64,000 nt of DNA from Eledone cirrhosa (Eukaryota). Location: positions 342,178,001 through 342,242,000 of the forward strand of contig OZ024741.1 in assembly GCA_964016885.1 (NCBI GenBank). The letters run 5' to 3'. The translations under genes and the position numbers were made by a program. Under the pieces are notes generated by a model, which was not told the DNA's origin, made no database searches, and was given only the letters and a program-made list of their open reading frames with translations. Below are positions 12,595-26,124 of the stretch, piece by piece. The first letter of the stretch is position 1; each line of letters starts with the position of its first letter.

Positions 12595-13530
12595 TAGTTG
12601 ACTCTAAACCTCTCCTACAAAGATTTGCCTTGCACTCTCATTTCTCCATTAACTCAACTTCTACTTATTTAGTTTCATAAGTAGGAAAGAAGACAATAGC
12701 CTGTTGCCATCAGGGAAATGGCTTTGCTCAATGTGCAGAAAAGGAGTAGGTAGGAAAATGTGTTTCCCTATTAGCAAGGGTTGTTGATTCATATGTGCAC
12801 ACATACATATACCCAAGTACTTCGATGTCTTATTTTATATTTTTGTATCAAAACCATTTTACAATATCAGACGGAGGACCCTTCAGTTGTGTCAAAGACA
12901 TGACAACCTCTCTAGTGCTGCTGCCATGACAAAATGCACTCAGTAGAACATGAATATTCATCATCATCATAGCATGGGTTAGACAGGAATTGTCCCACTT
13001 GAAGCAAAATTGGTCGGGTGACCGTGTCTCGCTCGTATAAGACTGTTTCTGGCAGGTTTTCTACGGCTGGATGCCTTTAACACCAACCACATTTACAGTA
13101 TGGACTGGGAACCTTTTTACCAGTCTCCTACACGACTACTTTACAGCGTGGACTGGGGCTTTTCATCGTGACACCCACACGACCACTTTAGTGTGCACTG
13201 GATGTTCTGTGGTACCATCATAACTTTACAGAGAAAGGGTGGTAGTTGGAGGATAAATCCATATGTAAACGAGATGTGAACTCCCAGCCTGTCTGGGAGG
13301 TCAGAAGCCATGTCCAACCCTTTCTAGCATAAAAAGTGGACACCAATTGGTGATGAAGAACAGATTTTCAAATAACAGGAAATTATAAAATATATTTGTA
13401 AATATTGACATAACTTATTACATCTGAAGATAAGTAAAAATGCTCAATCTGCGAAACCCCTAATACATTCATACAAATGATGGCTGCTTTGCTATCAAGT
13501 CAGTAGAATATTGGATAGAATACTTTGTGG

Positions 13531-13757
13531 TATTTTTCGCGCTCAGAGTTGCTGAAGCTGGAACTACCAGCATCAGTTGTTAGCTGTTGGGACACTGCAT
13601 CCTTCAAAACTTCCATACTTCTCGAAATTTGCCAACACTACTCCTGATATTCCCCCTCCCGCCATACACGCGCATGTGTGTCCTGACATTTGTACATTAT
13701 ACTATGTACTATACATGCACGTTTGATGAGTTGTAGTGCACCTGAGCACAATACACA
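13531..13757 (+). mobile_element. Second CR1/L2-type 3' fragment nested in a family A SINE
   Basis: Homologous to 6050-6440 (GCTCAGAGTTGCTGAAGC...GAGTTGTAGTGCACCTGAGCAC). SINE sequence continues on both sides. Confidence 0.75.
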
Positions 13758-14013
13758 CTGCTCTCTCAGTTCAAATCTTGCTAGGTCAACTTTGCCTTTC
13801 GTCCTTTAGAGGTTTTAAAAAAAAAAAAAAAAAAAAAGTACCAGTCTAGAATTGGGTCGATTCTTCCTCTGTTTCTCTTTCTCACTGTCTCTGGAAGAAA
13901 TTTGTTGTTCAGACCTGGAGAGAAGGGCTCCGCCAGTTTTAAAATGCCCAATACATGTTGTATGATACTACGGCAGCCCTACAATTCCACAGAGATACCA
14001 GTCCAGATACACG

Positions 14014-14081
<68 letters not shown>

Positions 14082-14399
14082 TACATAATATATATATGAC
14101 AAGTTTCCACAGTGTGTCTATCAAATTCCAGTCACAAGACATTGGTGAAATTGTGGCTATGGTACAAAACACCCACTGTATGCAAAGGGACTGAACTCTA
14201 AACAGCATGGTTGCAAAGCAAACTTATTAACCACTCGGCCATAAAATGACAACCTTACAGCTAACAAATCCGACATTTTTATTCAATCCAGGGCCTTTTC
14301 ACTCCCACTAAAGGAGGCCCTCCCTGATTGACCTCCAGTTTTCTGTTTTTGGTCATGTCAGGGGTGTAGCCGTACTCAGCTCACTTGCCCAATTGCGGG

Positions 14400-14560
14400 T
14401 TAGTGAAGCTATTCAACTCATTTCTATAGCAGAGTGAACTGGAGCAACATGAAATAAAGAGTTTTGCTCAAGAACACAATGCAAAGCCCAGTCTAAGAAT
14501 AGAACTCACAACCTCAGGATTGTAAGCCCAATGCTCTAACCACTAAGCCATGCGCCTTCG
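14400..14560 (-). mobile_element. tRNA-derived CORE-like SINE
   Basis: Minus strand has A-box-like TGGCTTAGTGGTTAGAGC and B-box-like GAGTTCTATTC, then TTGAGCAAAAC...GCTCCAGTTCACTC. Related copies at about 51350-51560 (+), with similar SINE relics at 12180-12400 and 14100-14202. Confidence 0.65.
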
Positions 14561-16739
14561 CATACTACTGACATAACCAGCTATAATTCAATCAATTTGG
14601 AGTTATAAAATAGATGATGATAGGAAGTTTAACAATCTCATCAATATAGATTTCTGTTTGTTTTAATATATATTTACAATAAAATTTCTTTATTCAAATA
14701 TTAATTTTATTGGAAGGATTCAAAGAAAAAGAAACACTAACAAAAGTATTCATTATAAAAAAAAATTGGCAACACTTTTTTTGTACCTTTTCCCTTCAAA
14801 TATAAATTATTCTAATCTCCTTTTATTAATTGAAAAACAAACAAATAAACATATCTTACGAATAAAAATAAAAAAAAAACAATAAATGGCTAAATAAGAA
14901 GAAAAAAAAAATCAACAACCCAAATCATTGAACCATTTCAAAAAACAAAGCATCCCTTAAACATCATTCAAACTCAACATAAATTTATATATATATATAC
15001 ACATACACCACACACAGAAATTTGTATTCATATATAAAAGGGTTGATGTCAGGAAGGGCATCCGGTCGTAAAACATTGCCTTGAAAAGAAACTTGGTACA
15101 GTGTACCAATAGTTTATTGGTAAGCACATCGTAGCATCTGATTTTAAACCACTTTTCTGGTCCATGAGTGCCTTTAACAGAAGTTACTTTTTGGCAAGCA
15201 TGTGATCTAGGGTGCCAACAGAGGGTTATTGTGAAATCACCATACACTGACACTATACTTCCATAGATGCCTAATAATAATAATAGTAATAATAATAATA
15301 AAATAAACTTGCTTGATAATTTTACTTTCTCATCTCTTACTTTTGAAATAAATGACAAATGTCAAATTATATTTCGATAATTTTCCAGCAAAATGGGATG
15401 AAACTCTTCATTGGGTTTGAAAAGCTAACCCTTGCTTTAGCAGGGAATGGCATTTAAAAATGCTTTTTGTGTTGTATGCATTCACAAAATGAAGAAAATA
15501 TTTTAAGTTTACTGTGGAGAAAAGAAGGTCCATTTGGGCAAAGTTTCATCATCATCAAAAGAAGAAATTTGCTGACAAAAGGAGACTGCATGAAACATCA
15601 GATCTTTTCTTCATAGCAACCTTAATCTATTCTACTTAATAAACCTTTTATAGTTAATAGTTGCTGACAGTATTAGCATTATATTCTTCGTGGATTCTAC
15701 TGTTTCATTTTATTATTGAATTATTATTATTATTATGGTGGATTGGCAGAGTCATTAGAGCACCAGACAAATACCAAGCAGTATTTGTTCCTGGGTCTTA
15801 ACTTTCTGAGTTCAAATCCTGCCAAGATCAACTTTGTCTTTCATCCTCCTCAATAAAATAAAGTACCAGTCAAGTACAGGGTTGGTACAATCGACTTTCT
15901 GTCCCCTACAAATTGCTGGCCTTGTGCCTTAAGTAGAAATCATTATTAATATTATTATTATTAACCACAGGCAAATTAAGTTTAATAGACACAAACATCA
16001 AATCTCTGTATTTCCTCTACTCTACTGTATAAATCTGGATCAATCGATTCCACACACACAAACTCAACTCATGTACACATACACATGCACCAACAGACAT
16101 TTCCACACAAAACATACAACACACACATATATATATATATATATACATACATACATATACACACTCATACATGCTCCAACATTTCCATACACACACTCAA
16201 TTTATATGCACATACCTGTATAAACACACGTATTCATGCACCAACACACACACAATTATAAAACTACAAGGAGGCAAAATGTCAGGATCACCATGCCAGT
16301 TGATGGCTGTCATATAACTATAGCAATCATAACAGGTAGAAATATGTACAGATTAAACTAGGGTACTGTATTTAAATAGAAACAGCACTGCCCACTACCA
16401 ACCCCATTTTCCCACCCAACAACCCAACCAATTTCTGTCCCTATCCCTCAACCAACATTGTTCATCAAAGCCCATCCCCTCTCCTCATTCCTTGTATTCC
16501 AAAAGCTCCCTACTCCAAACCAATATGAGGAGAACGATGTGCCTTTTGGTGGGTTTATTATTTGTTTTTTTTTTTTTGTTTTCTTCAACTTCACAACTAT
16601 CTGTGATATCTATTGTTTTTATTTTGATAGTGTTTTTATACATCATATCTGATAGCTGTGTGAGTAAACCAAGAGGGAAAGAAATAACATATGTTCACAA
16701 GCTTGAATCGTCACTATTTTTTATACATGTGTGTATATA

Positions 16740-16785
<46 letters not shown>

Positions 16786-16787
16786 TA

Positions 16788-17096
16788 CAGTGCATCCTCG
16801 GCATTCGCGGAATTTTCCTTAGAACCTAACTAATAATTGTTCGTAGAAACCATCGCATATTCACAGAATTGTAAATATCTTCCGTGATTTTTTATGTCTT
16901 TTGTGGCAATATATATATTTTCCCCGCTTTTTAATGCTAAATTATTAATAACAATATACCGTATTTGCTGGCCTATATTTTACATTATGTTTTGACGTTT
17001 ATAGGCATTTCTATGGACCACGTCCAATATTCGCAGTTTTTAACTCTTCGCGGGTGCTCTAGGAACATAAACCCCGCAAATACCAGGGGACATCTG
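16788..17096. mobile_element. pogo/Tigger-like MITE
   Basis: TA|CAGTGCATCCTCGGCATTCGCGG...CCGCAAATACCAGGGGACATCTG|TA: imperfect TIRs with TA duplication. A second copy in the opposite orientation lies at 62948-63280. Confidence 0.85.
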
Positions 17097-18169
17097 TATG
17101 TATATGTGTGTGTATATATATATTATTTGAAATTTGGTTATCCCAAAGTAAATGACTATAGTAATAGACAATATTTGAGAAAACAAAACTCCACATCTCT
17201 CGGAGTCACAGGATTTGATTTCTGTGACTCTGAGATATGGTGATTTTGGTGTCTCATTCCACACCCCCTCCAGTCTCTCAAGGAAGGAAGGAGGGTATTT
17301 TATTCAAATGTGTATATATATATTATTTGAAATTGTACTCAAAGTCAACCATATATATATATATATATACTCACACACACACACACCTATATATACAAAT
17401 ACATACACACACACATTATATATATCATCATCATCATTTCATTTTACGGAGTTATCCCAGTTTCCTGAGTTGCCTTCTCCTAGAATAGAAGAATGCCCTG
17501 ACAAAGGTTAGGGTTCCTTCACTCCCTATATATACATACATGTTTATACAAACACTATATATATATATTCATATACATATATATAATCATGTCGTGTAGA
17601 CATACAAACACACCAAAAAACTGTGGGACTCATATGCATGCAAGTTGTGCAAATGTACACCGATTGTCAACATATGCAACAAAAGCTTCAGTTTGCTTTG
17701 TACATTAGAAATCGAGACATTGCAGTAAGAAATAGCTGGAAGCGAGCCATGTGGAATGGGGATATCTCATAGTAGCTGAACAAAGGGGTGGAAGAAACAG
17801 GTATTTAAACCATCTTGCTCTTGTTTTGATGATGTATGGTGTTTTTGTTGTTGATTTTTTTTTTTTTTACACACCACTTTAGCTCCTTTGAAACAGCACA
17901 AATAGTTGCAGCTGCACACACACACACACACCAGAATACAGCCATATGTTGATGGTGATGATGCCAACATAACATTATCAGATCTGACCCATAAGTGCAA
18001 ATTACCATTATATATATGTGAATCTATGTGTGTGTATATATATATATATTGTAGAAGTAGTAACACAACAGTTAGTTCACCATACTGAGAACAATTGTTT
18101 CACCTTAGCGGAGAAGATCCACTAAGGTGAAACTATATATATTGTATGTATATACACTTGTATATCTAA

Positions 18170-18205
<36 letters not shown>

Positions 18206-19330
18206 TTCAGTATACAGATTTGGAGTTGTATGTTTGTACATTTATAAAACCATGCCAAACCAGTTGTCTTTTTTGATATTCCATTTTTTTTCTTTTTTTC
18301 TTTAAATTTCCCACATTTTCTGATATAACTCCACCCTACCATCCCCCACCCCAACCCACCCTATCCAGCAAAAAGAAAAACAAATTAATAATAATAAAAA
18401 ATAATTGGACACAGAGTTAATCATTAATATACAATAACTTTCCACTCTTGAATAAACAGGTCTTTGCTTGAATATGTGTATTGTTGTTGTTGTTGATGAT
18501 GATCTGTCTTATCACAGTATGTCAGACACTTCACATGGAGAATGAAAGACAGAAAGAGAGAGAGTGAGGAGCGTGTGTGCAGATAAAGCAGGGGAGGATG
18601 GGCAAGTGGGGGGTTTGGAAAGGTAGAGAAAAGTCTTGCCTAACAACAGTAATGACATTGGTCAAACCAATATTTTTTTTTTTATGACAACAGCCATCAC
18701 TCCCCCTCATCAGTGTTCTATGTCATCGGAACCTCCTCCGTTCATCCAAACTACATTCCGGTCCGATGCCTGTTTCGCCATCCTGTTTGTCATTGTAGCC
18801 ACTGTTGACATCACTTCTCATCTGCTTCTATGTATGTGTGTGTGTATATGTGTGTGTGTGCGTGCGTGTGCATGTGTGTACGCGTGTGTGGTTGGTCATT
18901 AGTAGACCCATCACTCATGTCCATTATTGCTCCCCAAATCCAGTCACCGAGGTTGTCATTATTCTGGGGCAAGGGGAAGGAGGGGAATATACCACCACCC
19001 AACCCCAGCCTATCCTGTGTCATCATCCACTATCACCGATCTCAACTCTCCTCTTCTCCTCTCATCTGCTGTTGCCATCATTGTTGCTATATCTGTACTC
19101 CATAGTTTGTCTGTTTTAAACCCCACCCCCTACCACCCCCACCCTGCAAAAAAAAAAAGATAAAGGAAAAAAAAAACAATAACCAGCCAGCTCTCACCAC
19201 AACCAACACACCCCGACAGAAGATTGAAAAAAAAAAGAAAAGAAGGGAGGTGGGGTCAGAGAGAAAGATGGGGAATGGGCTGGGGGTGGTTGCTTACATT
19301 CATTTAATCATTTACATCCGAAACTTGTGC

Positions 19331-20700
19331 TCACAGCCTGTAGTACATGAGGAAAGACTTGAGTGCAGTCGGTAGGGGCAGTAAGTCCACGCGTTCCTTC
19401 ATGTATTTCGTGATGGAGACCCTCGGAGCCCGCTCGGTGCTCTCAGCAAGATTGTAGCCGGAGCCCTGTGACCAGGCTCCACTGTCTGTGCCTGGCGAGT
19501 CATTGCTGCTGCCATTACTGCTATCTTTCCGACTGTCCTTACAGTGGCCACTGACCGATTTCATCCTACACTCAACGTTCGACTGGTCGCTGGTCATTCC
19601 AACTCCCAGAATAACAGACATGTCACCGCTTGGACTCGATGGCCAGTATGGCTTGTTGACAGTGGCAGTGGTGGTGTTGGTGATAGTGGTGTTGTTGTTG
19701 TTGCTGTTATTGGTGATAGTAGATGCAGTGGTAGTGGTGGTCACAGGAGCTGCTGATGTTGTTGAAGTGGTGGTGGTGGTGGTTAGGGTTTCAGCACATG
19801 CCATCTCGTGATCCTCCTCCTCTTGTTGCTCTACATCTTTCTCCTCCTCTTCCTCTTGCAGTACAGGCACAATGCTGTTCAGCAGGTTCGCATTAGTAAA
19901 ACCAAAGTTCTCGTCGTCTTCATCGGAATCAGAATCTTCAGTGAGCATCTCTTGTGGTTCGTTCAGATTGAAAGACGATGACGCGTTTGCAAAGGCTCCA
20001 GGCTGCTGGTGTCCTCGCAGTTTTGAAGGATTCTTTTCTGCTCCTGTTGCACCTCTTGCCGCTGCTGCTGATGCTGCTGCTGCTGTTGTTGTCCCCCTCT
20101 CACCTTCTTGTCTGTTGCTACGGCGATTGATTCTGCTGCTACCACTCTCTATGTGGTATAGCAAATCATCCTCCTCTTCTCTACTGCACCCTGTGCTAAT
20201 CAATATGCCTTCTTTAAGTCCAGAACGGGTTAAGAAACGACAGCGTGCAAGTTTCCTAGCACGTGGTGTCAATGTGCCATCTCCTGGCTCATCTACATCC
20301 ATTTTATCGCTGGATTTGGAAATCTTTGAGCCCACCCGACGTCTGGGGTTTGCACTGGAGGGTGCTTCACTGTCATCTTTGTTTTGGTCTTGGTCAGAGC
20401 TTGATCCTCGGCCTGAGCCTGGGGTGGAATCTTGGCCAACATAATAGTCCTCAAAGTCCTCATCATCCTCATAGTCCTCTTCGTCCTCATAGTCTTCATC
20501 ATCCTCATAGTCCTCATCATCTTCGTAGTCTTCATCATCGCTGGAGCAATTCCGCAGCATCATCTGGAATTTAATGCCAGCCTTCTGAGAACACTTGCTC
20601 GGTGGCTGTTTCACCTGGTTGCTTTCCAGAATCAGAGAACGCAGGATGCAGCGTATAGATAATCTTGCCGCTTCCTGCAAAGTTGGCATGGTTACTTCAG
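19331..20700 (-). CDS. PCMTD1: PCMTD1/2-like terminal coding exon: BC-box, long acidic/Thr/Ser-rich spacer, Cul5-box
   Basis: Acceptor ttcattccag|CT GAA GTA (phase 1). BC-box-like TLQEAARLSIRCIL near the start and Cul-box-like LLPLPTALKSFLMYYRL* at the end. The frame is open throughout. Assignment to PCMTD1 versus PCMTD2 cannot be resolved and the gene is probably a co-orthologue. Confidence 0.88.
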
Positions 20701-21649
20701 CTGGAATGAAAAAGAAAAATACCAATAAATATATCACATTTATAATTCTATAAACAATAATCATAATTTTATATACAATTATAATTTCATAAACAATAAT
20801 CATAATTTCCTAAACAATAATTATAATTTTATAAACAATTATAATTTCATAAACTAATTATAATTTCTAACACAGAATACAAGGCCAGGAATTTGGAGGC
20901 AAAGTTTAGTTGGTAAAATTAACCACAGTATTTGACTGGTACTTTATTTTATCGACACCTGGCATTTTATTTACAAGAGGTTCATAGTCTATCAAACCAA
21001 CTCCAATACTTGACTGGTTTATATTTTATTGTTCTGAGAAAGATGAACTTAAAGATAACTCCTATGGGATGATGATGATGATGATGTGTAAATATCATTA
21101 TTTTATGCCTGCTTTCCATGCTGGCATAGGTTTCATGGTTTGACATGGTCCAAGGCTATGCAGGTCAGAGAGACATCTTGCTCATGCATTCCATATTTGG
21201 CATGGTTTCTATAGCTGAATGCTCTTCCTAACACCAACCACCTCACAGTGTGCATGCATTATATATATATAAATATAAACAAAGGAACTAGGTTTGGAAT
21301 GTGGCGAGCAAAGTTTATAATTGAAATAAAAATAGAAGCTTTGCCATAATATTTTTGATTATATGATATAATCTAATAATGGGGCATTTAAATCCACAGA
21401 ATGGAAAAAGATGGGTATTGTTTTCTGTTCAGAAGGTTTATACACCCCATTATTAGATTATATTACATAGTCAAAAATATTACGGCAAAACTTCTATTTC
21501 TATTTCAATTAGATATATATGTGTGTGTGTGTGTGTAACATAGATATGTAAACAGACACTTGATCCCCTACCAATCAGGTGAACCACACAAATCAGATAG
21601 ATTTTAGTCTCACCAGGAAATGAAATAGACAGATAGTTGTAAATGCTAA

Positions 21650-22445
21650 AATGTTTCTTGGTGAGGAATCTAATAGCCAAGATAGATTAGTGATTTAAGG
21701 GTATGAGCTAAAACTAAGATAACCTAGACAAAGAAGCATAGAGTCATCAAACAGTCGTAGGTTTAGAGGGACACTAGTTGTAGTTCTTAATAAGGAGGAG
21801 GCATTAGAGCCCTATAACATAAAGAACAATTGAAAACTCCTACAAAACAACCTATTGACGGCTACAGATGAAACCTATAACTGGAGCAAAGTACTAGCTA
21901 GGCTGAAGGTGACATGGTCGAAGAACAGTACTGTAAAGAGGATCATAAAAGCAAAATGATTAGCTTGGAGTAACACAGAGCAATACCAAGTAGCTGGAAA
22001 AGAAGTTAGATGTTAGGTTTACTTAGCAAGAAACGAAGCAGACACTAAGAGGTTTGTCAATGTTCTGCAGCATGATGTTTTTCAGATTGAAAGGCAAAGT
22101 ACTAGAGAGAACCAAGACATCATGTAGGAGAATTGTGTATGGAAAGACAGCAGCTCACTTATCCTTAGTGACATGGAAAAGAAAGAGGCATGGAAGTGCT
22201 GAATAGGGAGAATGCATAGAAGATTGAGGGCCTACCCTAAATATACTGATCTGAGATGGACATGAAAGTTGACAGCAGTACGAAAAATAAAGTGATTAAC
22301 AATATGAAGATAAGGAAAGCAACTGGCCCATCAAGAATAATTGCCGAGATGAATAAACTACTTAGTAGAGTGGAGCATTGGCTAATTACTCACATAATTC
22401 ATCAGGTAGTACATGAGTGTGTCATACCCAATAACAGGCATACCA
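21650..22445 (+). mobile_element. Old decayed RTE fragment in a PCMTD intron
   Basis: KVINNMKIRKATGPSRIIAEM parallels KAIKDMKTGKAAGPSEIVAEM of the intact RTE. Smaller related relics lie at about 1890-2075 and 9720-10075. Confidence 0.7.
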
Positions 22446-23855
22446 CAATGTTTTAATCTAACGAGATAAAAAAAATAGTATAGCTTTTTGCAATGATATC
22501 ATTATCATCACTGTTTTACGTCCATTTTTCCACACTACCATGGGTTAGACGAGTTGTCCTGTTGTGGGCAATGCTAGGTCAGGTGACTATGTCTTGCTCA
22601 TAGAGAACTGATTTTGGCTTGGTTTCTACAGCTGGATGCCCCTCCAAACACCAACCTCATTTACAAGGTGTACTGGGTGCTTTTTGTCGTGACACCTACA
22701 CAACCACTTTACAGTGACTACTGAGCGCTTTTTGTTGTGATACCTACACGGCCACTTTACAGTGACTACTGAGTGCTTTTTGTCATGATACCTACACGAC
22801 CACTTTACAGTGTGCGCTGGGCGTTTTTTGCCATACACAACCATTTTGCAGTGTGGGCTGGGTGCTTTTTGTCATGTCACCATCATACCATGTTTTTCAA
22901 AATTAAATTTTCATTACAAATTCCAATTATTTTGGTAGTGTCTATAATTAGTGACAAAGAAGGAAATAGACTTTTAATTTAAAAAAAAAGAAACTGTCAA
23001 AATGTTGATGTTTAGCCTAGGCTGTCCTTAAACAAACAATCGAAAGTACCCGAGCCATAAATATACAAGCATCTAATAATCATCTTCATCACCATTTAAC
23101 ATCTATTTTGCATGTTTGCATGGAGTAGACAGCTGTCTCATGCTATGCTTTGTATTGACTTGGTTTTCTAAGCCCTTCCTAACGCCAACCACTTTACAAT
23201 CTGCAAAGATCACTACCAGATGGTAACTAACTCGCACCTGGCATATGATAGACAGCTGCACTAACATTACACCACATGATCGTAAATGTTCCAGCTATAG
23301 ATATATACATATCTAATAATACTTCACTAAATATACGTGCTGGTGCATGACAAAAAGCACCTATGCTGGTGACAATGAAAAATGCACAGACCACTCTGTT
23401 AGATAGCTGTTTTCGTGCCATGATACAAAGCACCCAGTTCACACTGTAATGTGGTTGGTATTAGGAAGGGCATCCAGTCATAGAAACCAAGCCAAAATCA
23501 ATATGATATGGTCACTTGACCTGACTTGTCTCATAACACTGCAGCTTTTCTAACCCATGCAAGCATGGTAATTGGATGTTAAGCAATGATGATGATCAAA
23601 AGTGCCCTATCCCATAAATATACAAGCATCTGGAAATTTGGCTGCTATTTTCTAACAGAGTGAGTCACCATGTAGAACAGGGATCTCAAAGATACAACCC
23701 ACAAAATACTTTTCTATGGTCGATGGAGAGAAAAAGAAGGAAGAATAATGGGAGAGAGAGAGAGAGAGAGAGTGAGATGGGAGTATGAGAAAAAGTAGGA
23801 AAGAAGAGAGGAAGAAAAGGATAGCAGTGGGTGAAAAAAAGGAGAGAGAACTCAC

Positions 23856-23973
23856 GTAATTCACAGACATTTGAAGCCTGACTTTTAGTTGGTAGAATGA
23901 GGGAGGCAAAAGACACAGGCAGCATAATTTTGGTCTCCCATGTAATTTCACTGACTCGACAGGTCTGGACCAG
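23856..23973 (-). CDS. PCMTD1: PCMTD1/2-like internal coding exon
   Basis: ctcttccag|CTG GTC...TTA C|gtgag. Translates LVQTCRVSEITWETKIMLPVSFASLILPTKSQASNVCEL, similar to PCMTD1 [28 protein letters not shown]. The 118-nt length gives the phase 1 needed by the last exon. Confidence 0.9.
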
Positions 23974-24099
23974 CTGGAAGAGAACAACAAGTTAGTTTAC
24001 ATCAGTTTTGTTTGTTCTTTAAGTAATTTATTAACCCCTAGCAAGGCAATAAAGCCACTAAAATGGAAGAAGTTACTGAGAAAGGAAAAGACAAAGAGA

Positions 24100-24450
24100 A
24101 CTACACCACCAACATACACTGAAACACAAACAACACCAACAACCACCACACTAACAACAACCACCAACAACAACAGCCACCACCAACAACAACAGCCACC
24201 AACACCACCACCAACAACAGCCACCAACACCACCACCACCCACCACCACCACCAACCACCACCACCACCACACTAACAACAGCCACCACACTAACAACAG
24301 CCACCACACTAACAACAGACACACCACCACCAACAACAGACACACCACCAACAACAGACACACCACCAACAACAGATACACCACCAATAACAACCACAAC
24401 AGACACACCACCAACAAACAACCACAACAGCCACCAGACTAACAACAACA
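24100..24450. repeat. CAA/CAC-rich minisatellite (ACCACCAACAACAGAC-type units) in a PCMTD intron
   Basis: Directly visible. It produces the spurious poly-V/W/L ORFs. Confidence 0.9.
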
Positions 24451-24459
24451 GTACAGTAC

Positions 24460-24734
24460 CTGTTCATTTAGTGGCATAACAAGGATGCCACCAACACTGA
24501 TTAAGTTTTTCATATAGTTTTCATGTTCTGCTGGGCAGGCAGCCCCACAGTAGACGCGGTCGTAGAGACGGATACCTGAACCAAGTTGTAAGCAGTTACC
24601 CACCATAAACTTCGGTTCACAGAAGTCAAACTCATCAAACATCTCCGACTTTGCCTTGAACTCTTCTAGCCTTTCATTAGCGTACTCAACTACATCAGGA
24701 TGGATTTCGATCCCATGGTTTATTCCGTAGGGGC
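24460..24734 (-). CDS. PCMTD1: PCMTD1/2-like coding exon (isoaspartyl methyltransferase-like domain)
   Basis: ataaag|GC CCC TAC...GAA CAG|gtactg. Translates GPYGINHGIEIHPDVVEYANERLEEFKAKSEMFDEFDFCEPKFMVGNCLQLGSGIRLYDRVYCGAACPAEHENYMKNLISVGGILVMPLNEQ, highly similar to PCMTD1. Confidence 0.95.
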
Positions 24735-25924
24735 CTTTATAAATTTAAAAAAAAATAAAAAAAAAGGCAAAGTAATAATTGTTCGTACATTTGGCACAAG
24801 GCCAGCAATTTGAAGGGCATTTGTTTGACGCTCTAATAACTACCAATTCACAACCCTAAAAGACAAAGTAATTATAGATGCATATAATACAGTAATACAG
24901 AAGACCCGACTTCCCACGGGTACAAGCCAAAGCTGAAACATATAGACAATATGCCCCCACCCCCTCCCACTGTAAAGTGGTCGTAGAGGTGCCACGGCAA
25001 AAAAAAAAGCACCCAGCCCACACTGTTAAGTGGACGTATAGGCGCCACGGAAAAAAAGCACCCAGCACTCACTGTAAATGAGGTTGGTGTTAGGAAGGGC
25101 ATCCAGCTGTAGAAATCAACCAGAATCAGTTCCCGTATGAGCAAGACAAGGTCAGCTGACCAAACACTGCCCACAACAGTACAACCCATCTAACCCATGC
25201 TAGCGTGGAAGAACGGACGTAAAACGGTGATGATGATATTCTGTTACTGGATGTAGTCATTCATTTGGCTCTGGTCCAGCTGCAGCATTAGCATTATTGT
25301 CTCAAAGTACTAACAATGATGACAACAACAGCACAGCAAAGTATGATATATATTATTCTCCTTTTACTGTAACTTACGGTGAAGTGCTATAGGTGCCAAC
25401 ATACGGCATTACTTGGTCACTTTTATACCTGTCAGAGCCCATCTCCTCCCTCGGTCTGAACACAACCAATTTTTTCCAGAGACGGATAAAGAGAGAGAGA
25501 GAGTGATATGGGGAAGTGAGGAAGGGACATAGAAGAAGAGTCAACATATGTACTAGACAGGTAATTCTTTGTCATTGTTCAGGATGAAAAGCAAAGTTGA
25601 CCCTGGGGAGATTTAAACTGGCAGAGCTGAGGGCCGGAACGAATACTGTACAGCATTGTATCCAATGTTCTAACAATTTTATCAATTCATTGCCTCACAG
25701 TATATATTAGCATATTAGTAAAGCTAGAATTGACAAACTGATGAAGAAACCTCGATGAGGCTGCTTGACTTGGTGGTAACAGCAGCCAAAGCTCTCACTA
25801 ATTGCACACTACCATTTAACCCTTTAGCATTTACATTACTCTATATATACTATTGTATTTTTGTGGTAAAGGCTTTATCTTGCATAATATCAAATCTACA
25901 AGATTTTAATGTTATTTATTTTGA

Positions 25925-26124
25925 NNNNNNNNNNNNNNNNNNNNNNNNNNNNNNNNNNNNNNNNNNNNNNNNNNNNNNNNNNNNNNNNNNNNNNNNNNNN
26001 NNNNNNNNNNNNNNNNNNNNNNNNNNNNNNNNNNNNNNNNNNNNNNNNNNNNNNNNNNNNNNNNNNNNNNNNNNNNNNNNNNNNNNNNNNNNNNNNNNNN
26101 NNNNNNNNNNNNNNNNNNNNNNNN
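25925..26124. other. Assembly gap (200 N)
   Basis: Run of exactly 200 N, typical of a fixed-size scaffolding gap. Confidence 0.99.

Noticed and set aside
14500-14560. tRNA-like sequence with A and B boxes
   Set aside because: There is no complete cloverleaf and it continues into a SINE body.
19488-20662. Plus-strand and alternative-frame ORFs overlapping the PCMTD last exon
   Set aside because: They are shadows of low-complexity codon repeats in the real minus-strand exon.
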